Origin: Heteronotia binoei
Lineage: Eukaryota
DNA length: 64,000 nt
Assembly: GCF_032191835.1 (NCBI RefSeq)
Contig: NC_083237.1
Span: forward strand, 22,320,001 to 22,384,000
Direction of reading: 5' to 3'
Shown: piece by piece, positions 41,901-62,400 of the stretch
Position numbering within the stretch: the stretch's first letter is position 1
How the letters are laid out: the number at the start of each line of letters is the position of its first letter
Translations under genes and position numbers: made by a program
Notes under the pieces: generated by a model
The model's input: the letters and a program-made list of their open reading frames with translations, nothing else
The model's database searches: none
Told to the model about the DNA's origin: nothing

Positions 41901-44900
41901 ATTATAACATCTTTATATCAGTTATTGGGAGCATGTGACCTAACTATCACAGCAATTACGCTGGCTACTAATCTGCTTCCAGTCCAATTCAAGGTGCCAG
42001 TTTTGGCCTTTAAAGCCCCTCCACTCACCTTGTTGATTTCTGCCTGCACCTCCCGGAGCTTGCGCTTGTAGCGTTGCACATCACCCTTCAGCTGGTGGTT
42101 GTGGTTCTGGAGGCTGCTGATGAGGTGCCGCATCTCTCGGTTGATGGGCCCTGAGAGCGGAAGGGCAAAGTGGTTTAGTGGGCGGGGGGGGAGGGGAGAA
42201 GGCTGCTTTGAAAGGGGGATGGTCACTGGATTAAGGAAATCTTCAGTCAAACTAGCATAAGAGTTTTACACTGGATTCACAGATGGAGCGATTAAACTGA
42301 CACACATTTTGTGTCAGTAAAAGAACAGTTTTGAGGGAGGAAAAAATTGCTTTCAGCCAATGTTCACTCCATATTGTGACATGCTCTCTCTTTAAAACAT
42401 AGCTCCTCTGGGGTAAGAAAAAACAGGCACCTACAGGGATTTTCCTAAGGCACCTACACAGATTTTCTTTAAAGACCTTGTATAAAAACTGATTAACAGG
42501 ATTCTTTTTTAAAAGAACAAACCAAAATAACCTGCAATAGGATAAAGTCAAGACATTGTTCCAATTGTCAAGAAGGGGCTTGCTTTGTTGTTCAACAGAC
42601 TCCCACACAAACTGATTTAAGCTAGTGGCTAATTGTAAAAGGACTGCTCTGCCCACACTGGGAAGGCCTAGAGTATAACAGACACCTGAAACCAAGAGAG
42701 GGGGAGGAATGAATAAGACCCATGGAAGTGGACCCAACTCTCCATGGTCATGGGAACATCCCACCAGTGCCGGGATTGAGCCTGCCACAAGGGCATGGAC
42801 AGAGCTCCATGAATGATCTTCAGTCACAATAAATGAACTTCCATAATTGCAGCACAGCAGTAACACACCCCTAAGGGCACCCAGCAGGAGGGAAGCCCAC
42901 TGTACAGGTTACAGAAACATACAAACTACAAGGGGGAAACTTTATTCGGAGTGGTATGACCGAAAGGAAGGAGATTCAACCTCACCTGCTTGCTCATTGG
43001 CAGCTAAGTTCTGCTCAAACTCAATGCGCAGCATTTCGTACTCCTTGCGCACTTGTGCCAGCGTGTCCTCGAGCTGGATCACCTCCGTCCGCAACTTTTT
43101 CTGCAGGTTCAGCTCGTCGCTCTGTTGCCAGGGAGGAGACCAACATCAGCCACAAAGAGCAGAAGTGCATGCAAATGGATGGGTGCATGCCTTTCTCAAA
43201 ATGTAGCATTACGGCCCAGCACTAAGAACCTGCATTATGTATTTCAGTTCTGTGCCATCAAGCTAAGGCAGAGGGGAGAAGAAGGGACAGGATGGTTCCT
43301 CCACCACCCACTCCAATTTAGGACTTTAAAAGTTTTTTTGATATTGACATTCTTGCAGGCAGGAAAGGCCATAGGCATGCATGCGGCCCTCCCCCCCCCA
43401 TGACCCCTCCTCACCTCCATGTGCTCGATGTGGCGCAAGTGGCTGTTCTTGGTGGTGAGCAGAAGGGCGCGGGCCTCATCCAGCTGTGTTTTCACTTGCA
43501 GGCTCTCGTTGTACAGCAGCGAGAACTGAGACTGGAGCACTTTATACTCCAGCGTCTCCTTCACCGCCTCCTCGGGCAAGCTCCGCAGTGCCACCTGCAG
43601 GACAGGCATGAGAATGGTCACATAGAGGGAGGAGCACCATCTTGGGGCCCCAAACAACGAGCATTCCTGGGCTGGCGCCCTCCAACCGGCCCAACATGTT
43701 ATTGGAGAGCATGTGACACAGAACCAAGCAGGCCCAGAGGCTCCCTAAGGTGCCCACGTACACTGCCTTTGGCATATGAGATAAATGTAAAAAGCAATAA
43801 TGACACACGATTCCCAATCTGCCTTTGTTGCTCTTTTCACGCAAGCTATGCCCCATGCACTCTGAGCTGGCCCCTGTAAAATGGATAAGTAATCCACACC
43901 ATAAGGCTGACAAGTGCAATTCTATGCAAAGTAAATCCTGTCTAGGCCTGCTGAAATTAATAGACTCAGACTGGATTAATGTGGCATAGGATTGCACTGT
44001 CAGAAATTCAAGCCCGGTAGGAAGCCCAATGCAAGATTTGCACTTGGACAACCATCTCTGAAATACCAAACACACGGCACAGACAAGTCATGAGGCACTT
44101 TCTTTTCCCTGCCTTGTGTCCCTTTTGCAAACCACAAGCAAGACTGGCCTTTTGTTAATGTTTACATAAAAGGCTCAAGTGGGTCAGTTTTGTTTCTCTT
44201 TTTTAAAAGCACTGTTTGGTACTAGAAAAACACATGATTCGCCTTATTTATTTCTATTCTAGATGCCAAAACCAGAGTACAAATAGCTGCTGGGAATTAT
44301 TTCACTAGGAAGCAACATGTTGAGTGGCAGCATCTCCCCCCCACCAAAAAAAAAAAAAGATTATGATGCTCTACTTAGATAGAAGGAGGAGGAGGCCTAA
44401 AAGATGCAGAGAGATCTTCCTCTACTCTCAAAATATCTGCCCCAAGAGCCCCAGATCTTTAAAAGTTTTCTTGATGCAATTATAAGGACTAGACAACATC
44501 AGTCTTGTTTAAAAAAGAAAGAACTTGGGAGTGGAAATTCTGACATCTAACACAGATTACCAGGCAAGGAAACATTCCTGGTTACATCTACTCTCCCCCC
44601 CCCACCCCCAAACACTGGCAGTGGAAGCTGCTCTGCTTTTCCATCTATCCTGTGGCAGGCTTTTCACTACCTTGAGCTTCTCATTGGTCCTAACAGCCTG
44701 CTGCATTTCCTGTTGCAGTTTCTCCAGTTCTGCCATGCGGCTGTTGGCAAGTTCTTGGTTCTCTTCCAGCTCGGCATTCAACATCTCAAACTGTGAGCCC
44801 AAAACAAAAAAAAACAATCAGCAAGGCATTGCCAGGAAAATGGAGAGATGTAATGCCCACATCCCAATACCCCTTTGGACTTGGCACCCCTTTTCTTCCT

Positions 44901-47900
44901 GCTTACCTTCTGCATGCTCAGTGTGATCTGCCCTCCCTGGAACCCGCCAGAACTGCCCGATGCATAGTAGCCCGAATTTAGCTGCCAAAGAAATGGAAAA
45001 CAACACTAAGAATCTTATACATCACAGTTGCATTTTCCAAAAACTAAACCTGTTGTCTCAACATTAAGTGCCACAAACTCTGCTCTCTGATGGTAAAGAA
45101 TGCAATTTATTGGTATAGAGATGTGGTAATTAAAAACAATGTTGCAATAGCAACAAAAAGATGAATGCCACAATCCCTTTTTTCATCATCTAAGGTAAGA
45201 CATTTTTTAGCAACAAAGACGGAACAAGATCCTTTGTCAACTGACAGTATTTGACACTATTATAAACCTTTGAGAAAAAAAATCCATCTAGGTTTTGTCA
45301 TATTATTAGACACAGAATATAAAAACAATAAAATGTCTATGTAAGAAATGGAAGAGTTAAATTCTGAACTTAAAAGAGACTTGGTCCTTTTTGTCTAAGG
45401 AGGGATTATTATTCTCAGTTAGCTTAAACATCAGAGAGAAGTGTCTTCAGGTAGCCACTCTGTTGCCCTGGGAGATGATTAAATGTTTACAACACACACA
45501 CACAGGAGCCTGCCAGCCTGTTGTCAGGGCCGAGCAGACTCTTCCCATGTATGGTGGTTGAGGGGCAGAACGGTTACATTTGGGAGCAAGGTTCCAAGCC
45601 TGGGATGTCCTCAGCACACAGCTCCCTTTAAAGCCAAAGGCATGCAAAGAACTGTTGTGCTCGATAAGACCAGTGGTCCATAAAGTCCAGAGTTCCATTT
45701 CACAAAGAGGCCCACTGGATGCCCCTGGAAAGCCTACACGCAGGGCAGGGAAGCCACTTTTGCTACTCTTGCCCCACACTTAGAGCACAATCCGGGGGTG
45801 TGTGTGAAAAGTCTTTTGGGAGCAGACGAGCCGCTACGTGGGTGCAGGAAGGGTTTGCGCCAATGTACTACCGGCGCCGCCCCATCGGAGGGGAGTTCCG
45901 TGAGCAAGGCAGGGGGATGCCTGAGCACCGCTCTGTCCGAGGGCAGCGGCACCTGAGGGCTGTGCCCGAGCATGGGCGGAAGTGAGGCAGAGCGTGGCAT
46001 TCAGGTAGAGGAGGGGGTGGAGTTGGGGTGCGGCCAGGCTCAGGCGGCTTCCTGAGCAGTTTGGCCCATGACACACACCCCCTGAGAGGTGCAACTTTAT
46101 GCCTGCAAAAATGGCGGCATGGCCCATAGGAACTCATTGAAACCAAAAACAAAGGTTGCCTCCGCCGCTGCGGAAGCTCGCAAACCCCTTAGGGAGCAGT
46201 GTGATTGCCTCGCCAATCCCCTCGCGCTTCGGGCTGACGAGCCCCCTCCCCAGCACCCAATCACGGTCTCCCCCCTCCTAGAAATACTTCTGCTCTGGCC
46301 TTGCACAACTCAGTTGTTAGGAAGAAGAGCGCATGGCAGGAAGTTCTGCTGGCGAGCTCCCAGCCATACAGACTTAGAGTGAGGGACAAGCAGGCACATT
46401 GGTGACGGGTTTTGCACCTCGCGGTTGCTTTGACACTATCTCAGTATCTTTGACTTGCGAGGGGAAGAGAGAGGTCTCTCCCCTGGGGCTAACTGCTCTT
46501 ATTTCCAGGTCTCTACAGGTTCCGGGCTCCCGGAGGCTCTGCATGTGAGGACTTTCGCCCATGGCTGGTTCCACTCTGTTCCAGAAAAATAAAGTCTGAG
46601 CTGTGCCCTCTGTTGTTTCTCCCGCTTGGCATCTGCTGCATGTTCCCTAGGCAACCCCACCCCTCTGTCAGTGCCTGAGCCTCCCCAAGCCTCACTGAAG
46701 AGAAATTCTTGCAAGATACGGCTGGAGTAACCTTTGAGGGGAAAGCAGCTCAAAGAGGCCCTCCTGATCTTCCAGTGGCTGGTTGTTGTTGCAGCTGTGG
46801 AAAATTTTCATTTGAATGTGAGCAGCTAAAATCAAGCCCTCTTTACAACAATCCTGACCAGTGTTCCCTCTAAGCTGAGTTAGTGTGAGCTAGCTCAGAT
46901 TTTTAGCCTCCAGCCCACACATTTTTGTCTTAGCTCAGGAAGGATGACCCCAGAGCACAATAATTTATGCAGTAGCTCACAACTTTAACGCCAGGAGCTC
47001 ACAAAGTTGAATTTTTGCTCACAAGACTCTGCAGCATAGAGGAAACATTGGTTCTGATCACCAGCGCCAAGGAAAGTACCAGTGGGCACGTCGCTGCCCT
47101 TCTGCGTTAGCTGCTTCCCCGCTGTACTGGGACACAGAAATGTAAAAAGGCACTTGAACACTTATGAGCATTGGGATGGCTGCCACTTGCCTGCTCCAGA
47201 GCCTCGGCCAAATGCTTGTTCAGCTTCTGTTCGCGCTTGCGCAGCTTCTCGATGTCCCACTGCAGGTCTTCAATCGTTGTCTCCATCTCCAGCACTTTGG
47301 TCTCTGATGAAGTCACCTTGTCCTGAAGCTCTGTATACTGAGCAGGAAAAAGAGGCAGCTGTGACGGGCCTCAGAGCACTTTGTCTGCCAGTTCAAGAAA
47401 AGCCCACAGAAGACAGCAGCAGCACCCAGTCCCATAACCTACCTCGAGGGAGATCTTATGGTGCTTCTCCTGTAGCTGGGTGATCAGGTCCTGCAGGTGC
47501 TGGTTCTCCTGCGTCAGCTCCTTGTTGAGAGCCTTCACTGCCTCTTCCAGCTGATCGAATTCCGCTGGGGGAGAAAGAGAAGCCTGAGCTGCCTTGCTGT
47601 GCTATGAATTACTGCCCACAGCAGGGCCCAGCCACCACCACCGTCATCTTCTGGCCTGATGCTGCTTTGAGAAACAAGATTAAAAGCCAGTGTCCTTCAG
47701 AGACTGATTTCATTTCTCTCAGAGCCAACTCTCCATCTGCAAATACGGAATTAGCAGGGGCCTACTCCACAGACTCATTGCAAAACCAAGGTGATACCAC
47801 AAAGCATTTTTGAAAAAAACAGTTCAACAAATGAACTGTGTCATTGCCAGAAGAATGCTGAGTCTCTACCTTGAACTAGAGATGGAACATTTGATCAGTC

Positions 47901-50641
47901 AAACCAACTATATGGAACAGTTAAAAGCTGGTCAGAAAAGGTCAGTATTTTAACACATGGTGACTAAATCTAGATTACTGCAACATGCTGTTCACGGGGC
48001 TGCCCTTTAGTGTTTCAAAGCTACAGCTGGTACAGAATAATGTGTCTAGTATGCTGAACAGAGCTGGGACACATTTCCCAGGTCTTGTTCCACCAGATGA
48101 TAAGGAAAGCAGACAATGTAGTCTTCTCTTATGCGTCCTGCCCACCCCCTAACTCTCCTTGAGGAACCTGAGAACTCAACCTCAGGAGCTGCCCAACACC
48201 TATTCTCAAGTGTTGCCTTGAACAGAGCTACACTAAGTGTTATGGAAAGGATACTGGGAGTGTTGTTAAATGTTTCAAGGGCCTCATGACCCTGTCGTGA
48301 CTTTGGAGGGGCATGGTAGGGTCAAAGCTCACCACGGGCATGGATCTTCTGGCAAAGTTCCTCCGTGCGCCGGTGGATCTTGTCAGAGACCTCCACGACC
48401 CGGGAGACGGCTGCCTTGGAGAACTCCATGCGCTCCTGAAGTTGCAGCTCAATCTCTTCGCTGCTGCTGCTGGCCAAGGTAGCCAAGAAGGAGAGGGCCG
48501 GTTCATTCAGCACAAGGCCTCCAGGTTTCCAGGAGGTAGGAGGAGTGATGGGAGACAGGACTGTCTCTAGAAGGACCAAGAGAGAATCATCACTACAAAA
48601 AGGAAAGAAGGAACAGCCCCTTGTCCGATCCCACCCAATCCCCCAGCGCAGAGATTCCAGCTCACCTCTCCTCTCCAATCCCTCCTGTCCTAGGACAGAC
48701 ACGGTCTCTAACTCTGCCCCTGCCGCATCCAGCTTGGGCTCCTCCGGAGGCTGCCCGCAATCGCCATCATATCGTTTTAGCAGTCCATGCACTGTCTCAT
48801 CCAGCTGGAGGAATGAGATTGGAAACAGAGTTTGGGGAAAGAAAATGCAAAAGGATATGCAGGATGCGGGAGTGAGCTTATGTCAAAACTATCTAGATTC
48901 AGAACATTAACGCTATTCCTATTCGGCAAGTCAAGAGGGACAGAACATAGCAGCTACGGATCCAAGCTTTACAACCTGGCCATAAAAAACCCTACTTAGC
49001 CCCCTGCTGGTTTCCTAAGAAAGGCAGCCATGACCTGGATAACACAGGCTAGCCCCATCTCATCAGATCACTGAAGCTAAAAGAGATGTAGCCTGAGTAG
49101 TTGGAGGGAAGATCACTGGGGAATTCCAGGGTTGCTACATAAAGGCAGACAATGGCAAAACACCACTGTACATCTCTTGCTTTGAAAACTCTATAGAGCT
49201 GCCATAAGGTGGCTGTGACTTAAAAAAGAAAAGGACCAATTATTAGGCTCTTATCTGTAATATTCAGGTGTAGGATCTTAAAGGGAAATCCCCCGACCTG
49301 CTTCCAGTAGCGGTTGACGATCAGGAGGGTGGCATCATCGGTGGCCTGCCTCTTCTCTAGTTTCTCAATGCGCTCGCGCAACTCGTCCTCAAAGGCCTGC
49401 CGCTGTTCCAGGCGCTCGGCTAATTTCTTGTTCTTGAACTGGAGCACCTTGAGGTCCATCTCCTCCTGCAGAAACGAAGCCCACCACTGGAATTAAAGCA
49501 CAGCCCAACTCTCTGCCTCTCCCTCATTTCAACTCACAAGATAATAGACTAGCATCCCCATTACATAACCCCAAACCTTGATGTGCCAAGTATGTTAGCT
49601 GTCTAGCAGCCATGCTCACATGCTTCTAATCAAATCCTCAAAAACCAATCAAAACAACAAGGGGGAAAAGCCATAGACATGGAAACAGTACAGTTTGAAT
49701 TGTCGAGTTGTGCATTTGTTAGTAGCATATCATTGAAACTCTACCACCACAGTAGCAATGGTCCCTGGATTGAAAGCAGTGCCTGCTAGTTTTTTTTAAC
49801 AGTAAGGCATGCAAAAACAGATCTGAGCACCTTGTTACAAGGATGAATTTTCAAAGATTTTATTTATCTTTGGCTCTCTGGGCTCTCAAACACATTAATA
49901 GCAGGAGAAAAAGACCTCAGGCAATCTCTTGAGTGACTCAACCTGCCACCGCCTCCTTCAAACCTGTCTCTTTTGACTCAGAAGATGTCAGAATTTTTTC
50001 CCTTCTTTTTTTTTGTGTACACGTGAAGAAGCTTGACAAACGTTTCAGATTCCCCAGTGCTGGCATCTCATTTTAACTCATCAGTCTGACACAAGCCTGA
50101 AGAAATACTTCAGATACCTTGGTGCTGACATCCAGTTCCTAGGCAACCACATGCCTAGAATTTTTCTGGCTGGGTCCTGTCATGTTGCACAAAACTTTCC
50201 TAACATCCCATCAAAGTGGGTCACTTGTTTAAAAGGCTGGAGAGCATATGAGGATTCCCAGCACTGCTTTCCAAAACAGGGAACTAAAATATTTATTTAT
50301 TTATTTATTTGATTTATATCCCGCCCTCCCCACCGAGGTGGGCTCAGGGTGGCTTACAACATAAAATTCAAAACAGTAAGGTTAATAAATATTAAAATAC
50401 ACTGAATAATTTACAGGAGTTAAAACAAGAAAACGATCTAACAGTGCAGTAGAAATCAGCCACACAGACTTCAGCTCCCCACACACAACACTCCTGCCCA
50501 GGGCCTTACTGTAGAAGAAATGCCCCCCAGCCGGATGGGCTCAATAAGGGTGGTGGTGGTCTTCTCTTCCCTGTTGGTCTTCTTCTCAGGGGGACCTGAG
50601 CCCCCATCGCCTGCTGCCCGCTTGCTTCCTGGCCCCGACAT
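36494..50641 (-). CDS. RNF40: E3 ubiquitin ligase BRE1B (histone H2B monoubiquitination), 19 coding exons, 1034 aa
   Basis: Exons (high to low): 50641-50510, 49465-49298, 48804-48666, 48566-48333, 47564-47443, 47337-47191, 44981-44907, 44790-44671, 43594-43415, 43121-42986, 42150-42029, 41649-41147, 40111-39994, 39513-39364, 38697-38485, 38351-38226, 37697-37557, 36872-36771, 36670-36494; 3105 nt. N-terminus [21 protein letters not shown], long coiled coils, C-terminal [29 protein letters not shown]...RKCPKC. The N-terminus and the head-to-head CFAP119 neighbour favour RNF40 over RNF20. Confidence 0.96.
37190..37485. mobile_element. hAT (Charlie-like) MITE, ~300 bp
   Basis: TIR CAGGGGTGGCCA; perfect TSD CTCTGGAC. 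Family members at about 21936-22195, 56160-56483 and 56922-57186. Confidence 0.85.
38879..38912. repeat. (TG)n microsatellite
   Basis: About 17 TG units, directly after an orphan hAT-MITE TIR (GTGTTCCCTCTAAGCTG). Confidence 0.95.
40420..40592 (-). mobile_element. tRNA-derived SINE, second family
   Basis: Minus-strand head GCTGTGGCTCAATGGTAAAGCATCTGCTTGGCA; related copies at about 18000-18140 and 59060-59190. Confidence 0.5.
41722..41900. mobile_element. Palindromic hAT MITE (CAGGGTGGAATTCTAGC family)
   Basis: Perfect TSD ATTATAAC. A second copy at 31049-31217 has TSD CTTCAGAT / CTTCAGTT. Confidence 0.85.
50290..50365 (-). mobile_element. L2-type LINE 3' tail
   Basis: (ATTT)n followed by GATTTATATCCCGCCCTCCCC...GGCTCAGGGTGGCTTAC; similar pieces at about 19300-19370 and 59195-59270. 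Confidence 0.55.
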
Positions 50642-51611
50642 GGTGACTTGAAACGGGGCGGGGGGGGGAGCAGAGGAATTAGGCAGCCAGCCCAGGAGGC
50701 AACTCCTCAGCTAAAATGGAAAAAGAGAAAGGGGATGGTGAGAGGTGGCTGTCAATAAACAGAAGGACACGCATCACAATCTAAGACTACCAGAGAGTTT
50801 GCTCACCCCACGTCCAGCCACAACAGGAGAAAAAAAGGAGGGAGTTGAGAACAGAAGCAAACGAGGGAGGGCAGAGCACCTGTGTGAATTATTACAATAG
50901 CAGGATTAGTGGATAAACAAGGGAGGGGGGAGTTGCAGACAGAAAGCCAACCTTCTCCCTCCGCCATCCTGGGCATTTCTGTAGAAATGGCAGGAACTCA
51001 ACAGAGATGCAGCAATGCAGGAAGGGAACCATACCTGTAGCACTGCTGCCTACCATGCAACCCAGACTGCTATTGAGGGAAGGCAGTATGCAGAAACAAC
51101 GTTGAACCGGAGCCTGGGACCTCCATAAACTGCAGGATGGATTACCAATAAGCAGGAGGGTGGTGTTGGTGTTAGGGTTAGAATGCAAAGCAGTGGCACC
51201 AATCGAAGTGTAGCCAGATTGGAGAGCGGGGAGAGAATAAAAAGGTTTGCAAAGGTGACAACTGCAGGGGGATGAGGAAGATCATGGCAAGAACCTGTTG
51301 CTTTTAAAGGGGGGGCTTCTAACTAACTTCCTCCCATCCAGCCCCTGAGGGGAAAACCCTGGTCGATGGCACCTGCAAAGCCAGAATCCCTTAGCAGACC
51401 CAGTCTTTAAAGAGCCAGCCGCCCTACGCCAAAAAGGGGGGTGGGGGACGAGATGGCTGAGGGAAAGTTCAGCTTGGAAGGAGAAAAGCTCAGACAGACA
51501 AGGAGGGGACCTCAGTGGGGAAGGGGGAGAGGAGGAAGAGGAGGCTGAAGATAAAGGGGGGGGTGCAGGGTGAGGCTCCCCAACTGAGGGAGGGGCTCCT
51601 CTTTCTCTCAC

Positions 51612-51780
51612 CTGCCCAGGCGCCCCCTCCCCCCCATGCGACGCCTCGAACCAGAAACACCAGAGCGGTTAGTGCGCATGCTCGCAAGTAGCCATTCGCA
51701 AGCCCAACCTCGGCCCTCAGGACTAACCAGACCCTTCGCCCCCAGCTCTCTCTAGAGCGCATGCGCACCCAGCTCCCGGA
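51612..51780 (-). other. RNF40: RNF40 non-coding exon 1 (5' boundary approximate)
   Basis: Donor CAG|GTGAGA at 51612/51611 inside the CpG island. Exon 2 has an acceptor at 50711/50710, upstream of the ATG at 50641. Confidence 0.6.
51757..51766. promoter_or_regulatory. NRF1 site
   Basis: Perfect GCGCATGCGC; a second near-match TGCGCATGCT lies at 51673-51682. Confidence 0.7.
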
Positions 51781-52185
51781 AAAGGCCGAAAGTGCATTTC
51801 TATTGGCCAAAAGCGACACACGAGGCGGGGTCAGTCCTCTGAGAATCGTTCGGGCGGAAGACGGGACAAATTAGACGGGGATTGGGTAAAGCGCGAACGA
51901 GAGCGAGATGGTTGGCGTTTGTGATTGGTTCGCGCTATCAGAGGCTCTGTGATTGGCTTGCTCTGTGTCTCTGCGGTAACTCCGCGTGGAGACAGATGGA
52001 GATTGGAAGGAGCCCACCTTATTAGCACTTCCGACCTTATAGTGTAGTCAATATGTATATAAGGCTTTTATTGAATATTCACTATTTAATAGCGAGCGCA
52101 AGCATTCGTCATTTTCCGCCCCCTTGCTGCGTTGCCCATTCTGATTCGGCAAACTTAGATTGAATTCGGATTGGTTGAAGCCGGG

Positions 52186-52199
52186 GTTGCTATGGTAAC
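52186..52199. promoter_or_regulatory. RFX X-box upstream of CFAP119
   Basis: GTTGCTATGGTAAC matches the X-box consensus typical of ciliary-gene promoters and lies about 30 bp upstream of the tentative ATG. Confidence 0.8.
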
Positions 52200-52230
52200 G
52201 CGTTCATGTTCCGGACGGGTCCAAGCAGTG

Positions 52231-60361
<8,131 letters not shown>

Positions 60362-60860
60362 GCCTGCAGAGGAAGGGAGAATAAATATTTTGAAAGCAGG
60401 TTGGTGCCCTTCTTTTCTTCCGGCACGGCAGAGGTTGCAAAGGACCCTCCCTAAGCCTTTTGTTGCGCATCGGAAGTAGGCTTGCCAACTCCCAGGTGGG
60501 GGCTGAAGATCTCTCGCTAGTAGACAGCAGAGATCAGTTCACCTTCAGAAAATGCCCACTTTGGACGGTGGGCTGCATGGCACTATGTCCCATTGAAGCC
60601 CCTCCCCTCCCCAAGCCCCACCCTCCTCAGGCTCCGCCTTGAAAATCTCCAGGTATTTCCCAGAACTGCCAATCTTAATCAGAAGGGAGGAAGGTTTGCA
60701 CAACTGTGACCAACAAGTGCAGCATTTGGCTTCTCAGTATCAAGGGCTGCAAATCTTGCTCTTTATTCTCCCTCCCACAGTCTTCATTTCTCTTCTCCCC
60801 CTCCCTTCTGCTTGTATTTTATTTGATCTTCTTCACTCTGAACTCACACTTAAGGCATTC

Positions 60861-60866
60861 AATAAA
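60861..60866 (+). terminator. Probable CFAP119 polyadenylation signal
   Basis: AATAAA about 500 nt after the stop codon. Confidence 0.55.
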
Positions 60867-60925
60867 GAGTGATGAGGGAGATGGGTTTTAGAAGTGTGAC
60901 ATACTGGAGGGATCGTCCTCTACAG

Positions 60926-61074
60926 CAGGGGTGGCCAACGGTAACTCTCCAGATGTTTTTTGCCTACAACTCCATCAGCCCCAGCCACTGACCATGCTGG
61001 CTGGTCAATGGCTGGGGCTGATGGGAGTTGTAGGCAAAAAAAAAAATCTGGAGAGCTACCATTGGCCACCCCTG
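60926..61074. mobile_element. Palindromic hAT MITE, same family as 2932-3068
   Basis: Same TIRs and internal palindrome; degenerate TSD CTCTACAG / CGCTACGG. Confidence 0.8.
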
Positions 61075-61786
61075 CGCTACGGAATTACTAAAATGCTAGG
61101 TTCCCTGGGAATGTTTTCTGAAAACATTCAGGAGTTTTCCAGACTTATCAGTTGCTGCTTGAGATCCAGACCATTTCCTGGAGGAAGAAGAACTCTTTTG
61201 GGACTTCTGCATCACGTCCCCCCCCCATTCAACATGGTAAGGGCACAGGCACCTATTGGTTAGTGCCCATGATGAAACGTTCAACTAGACTGGTTGCCAA
61301 AGGCGAAGAAGACAAGGTGCTCCTCCTTAAGGTTACTTTGGCTCAGCAGCATTCCCATCCTGTGCTTTCAGGTGGAATGCTCTCCCTCTAGCACCTGGCA
61401 CATCTCACCACCAGTGTTCCACGTAAACTGAGTTGGTGTGAACTTGCTTTAGCCTCCCGCTCACACATTTTTGTCTCAGCTCAGGAAAAACAGCCCCAGA
61501 GCAAACTGATTTATGCAGTAGCTCGCGACTTTAATGCCAGTAGCTCACAAAATAGAATTTTTGCTCACGAGACTCCACAACCTAGAGGGAGTATTGCTCA
61601 CCACCACACTCCCTTCGCTCACTGCACTCCCTCTGCCCTAACCGCCTTGTGTACTCTTTGGGGATTGCTTTGTGCTGCTGGAAAAATTCTCTCTCTATCC
61701 TCTGGTCCCATTCCCTACAGAGAGCATTAACCCCACCCCCTCGCTTCTAGGAATGATCAGCCATCAGCTTGGGCCACATTTCCATT

Positions 61787-61792
61787 TTTATT
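61787..61792 (-). terminator. Probable PHKG2 polyadenylation signal
   Basis: AATAAA on the minus strand about 610 nt after the stop codon. Confidence 0.55.
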
Positions 61793-62400
61793 CCAATGAC
61801 GACACAGGCAGAGGTGGGGGATGCAAACAAAGAGGCAGACAGAAGGGCCCAACCCAGTTCCCTTTAGCAGAGAAGCAGAGGGCTGCAGTGTCCAGTCCTG
61901 GTACCTCCTCCCATCCCCTCTGGGCCAGCAGCCAACCAGCATTGACCATACACGACATCCATTCACACAGCAGTAGGGGAATTTGGCAGCTGGAATGGGT
62001 GGGAGACGGGGTATCTCCTCGCTGTGGGAAGAGATGTAGAAAAAGTCACTGCCACACACCCCTCCCTCCCCCCACGGCCCCCCCACATCTCTGTAACCCT
62101 AACATCTCCAAACAATATGGACACTCTGTGTTCTTGGCTCCAGGCAGATCTAAGGTCCCTCACTCCTGCCGGCTACATGCTCAGGACCCCGTGATCCTGA
62201 AGGCAAGTTCCCTGGTTCCCCACAGGGTTGGACCCCTTTGCATGCAAGGGCAAATGTTCCCCTCCCAAGAGGTCTCCACAACTTGCCAGTCCGCCAGGAA
62301 GGGGGGGGGGGAGCCGTTCTCCAAGCAGCTCCCTCCTTCCTCCTCCACGGCTTTCAGAGACCCTGCGATCCCAGTTGTCCCAGGAGTGGCAATCTGGTCT

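Noticed and set aside
42252-42866. 204-aa ORF in RNF40 intron 11
   Set aside because: Non-ATG start and no recognisable homology; consistent with chance.
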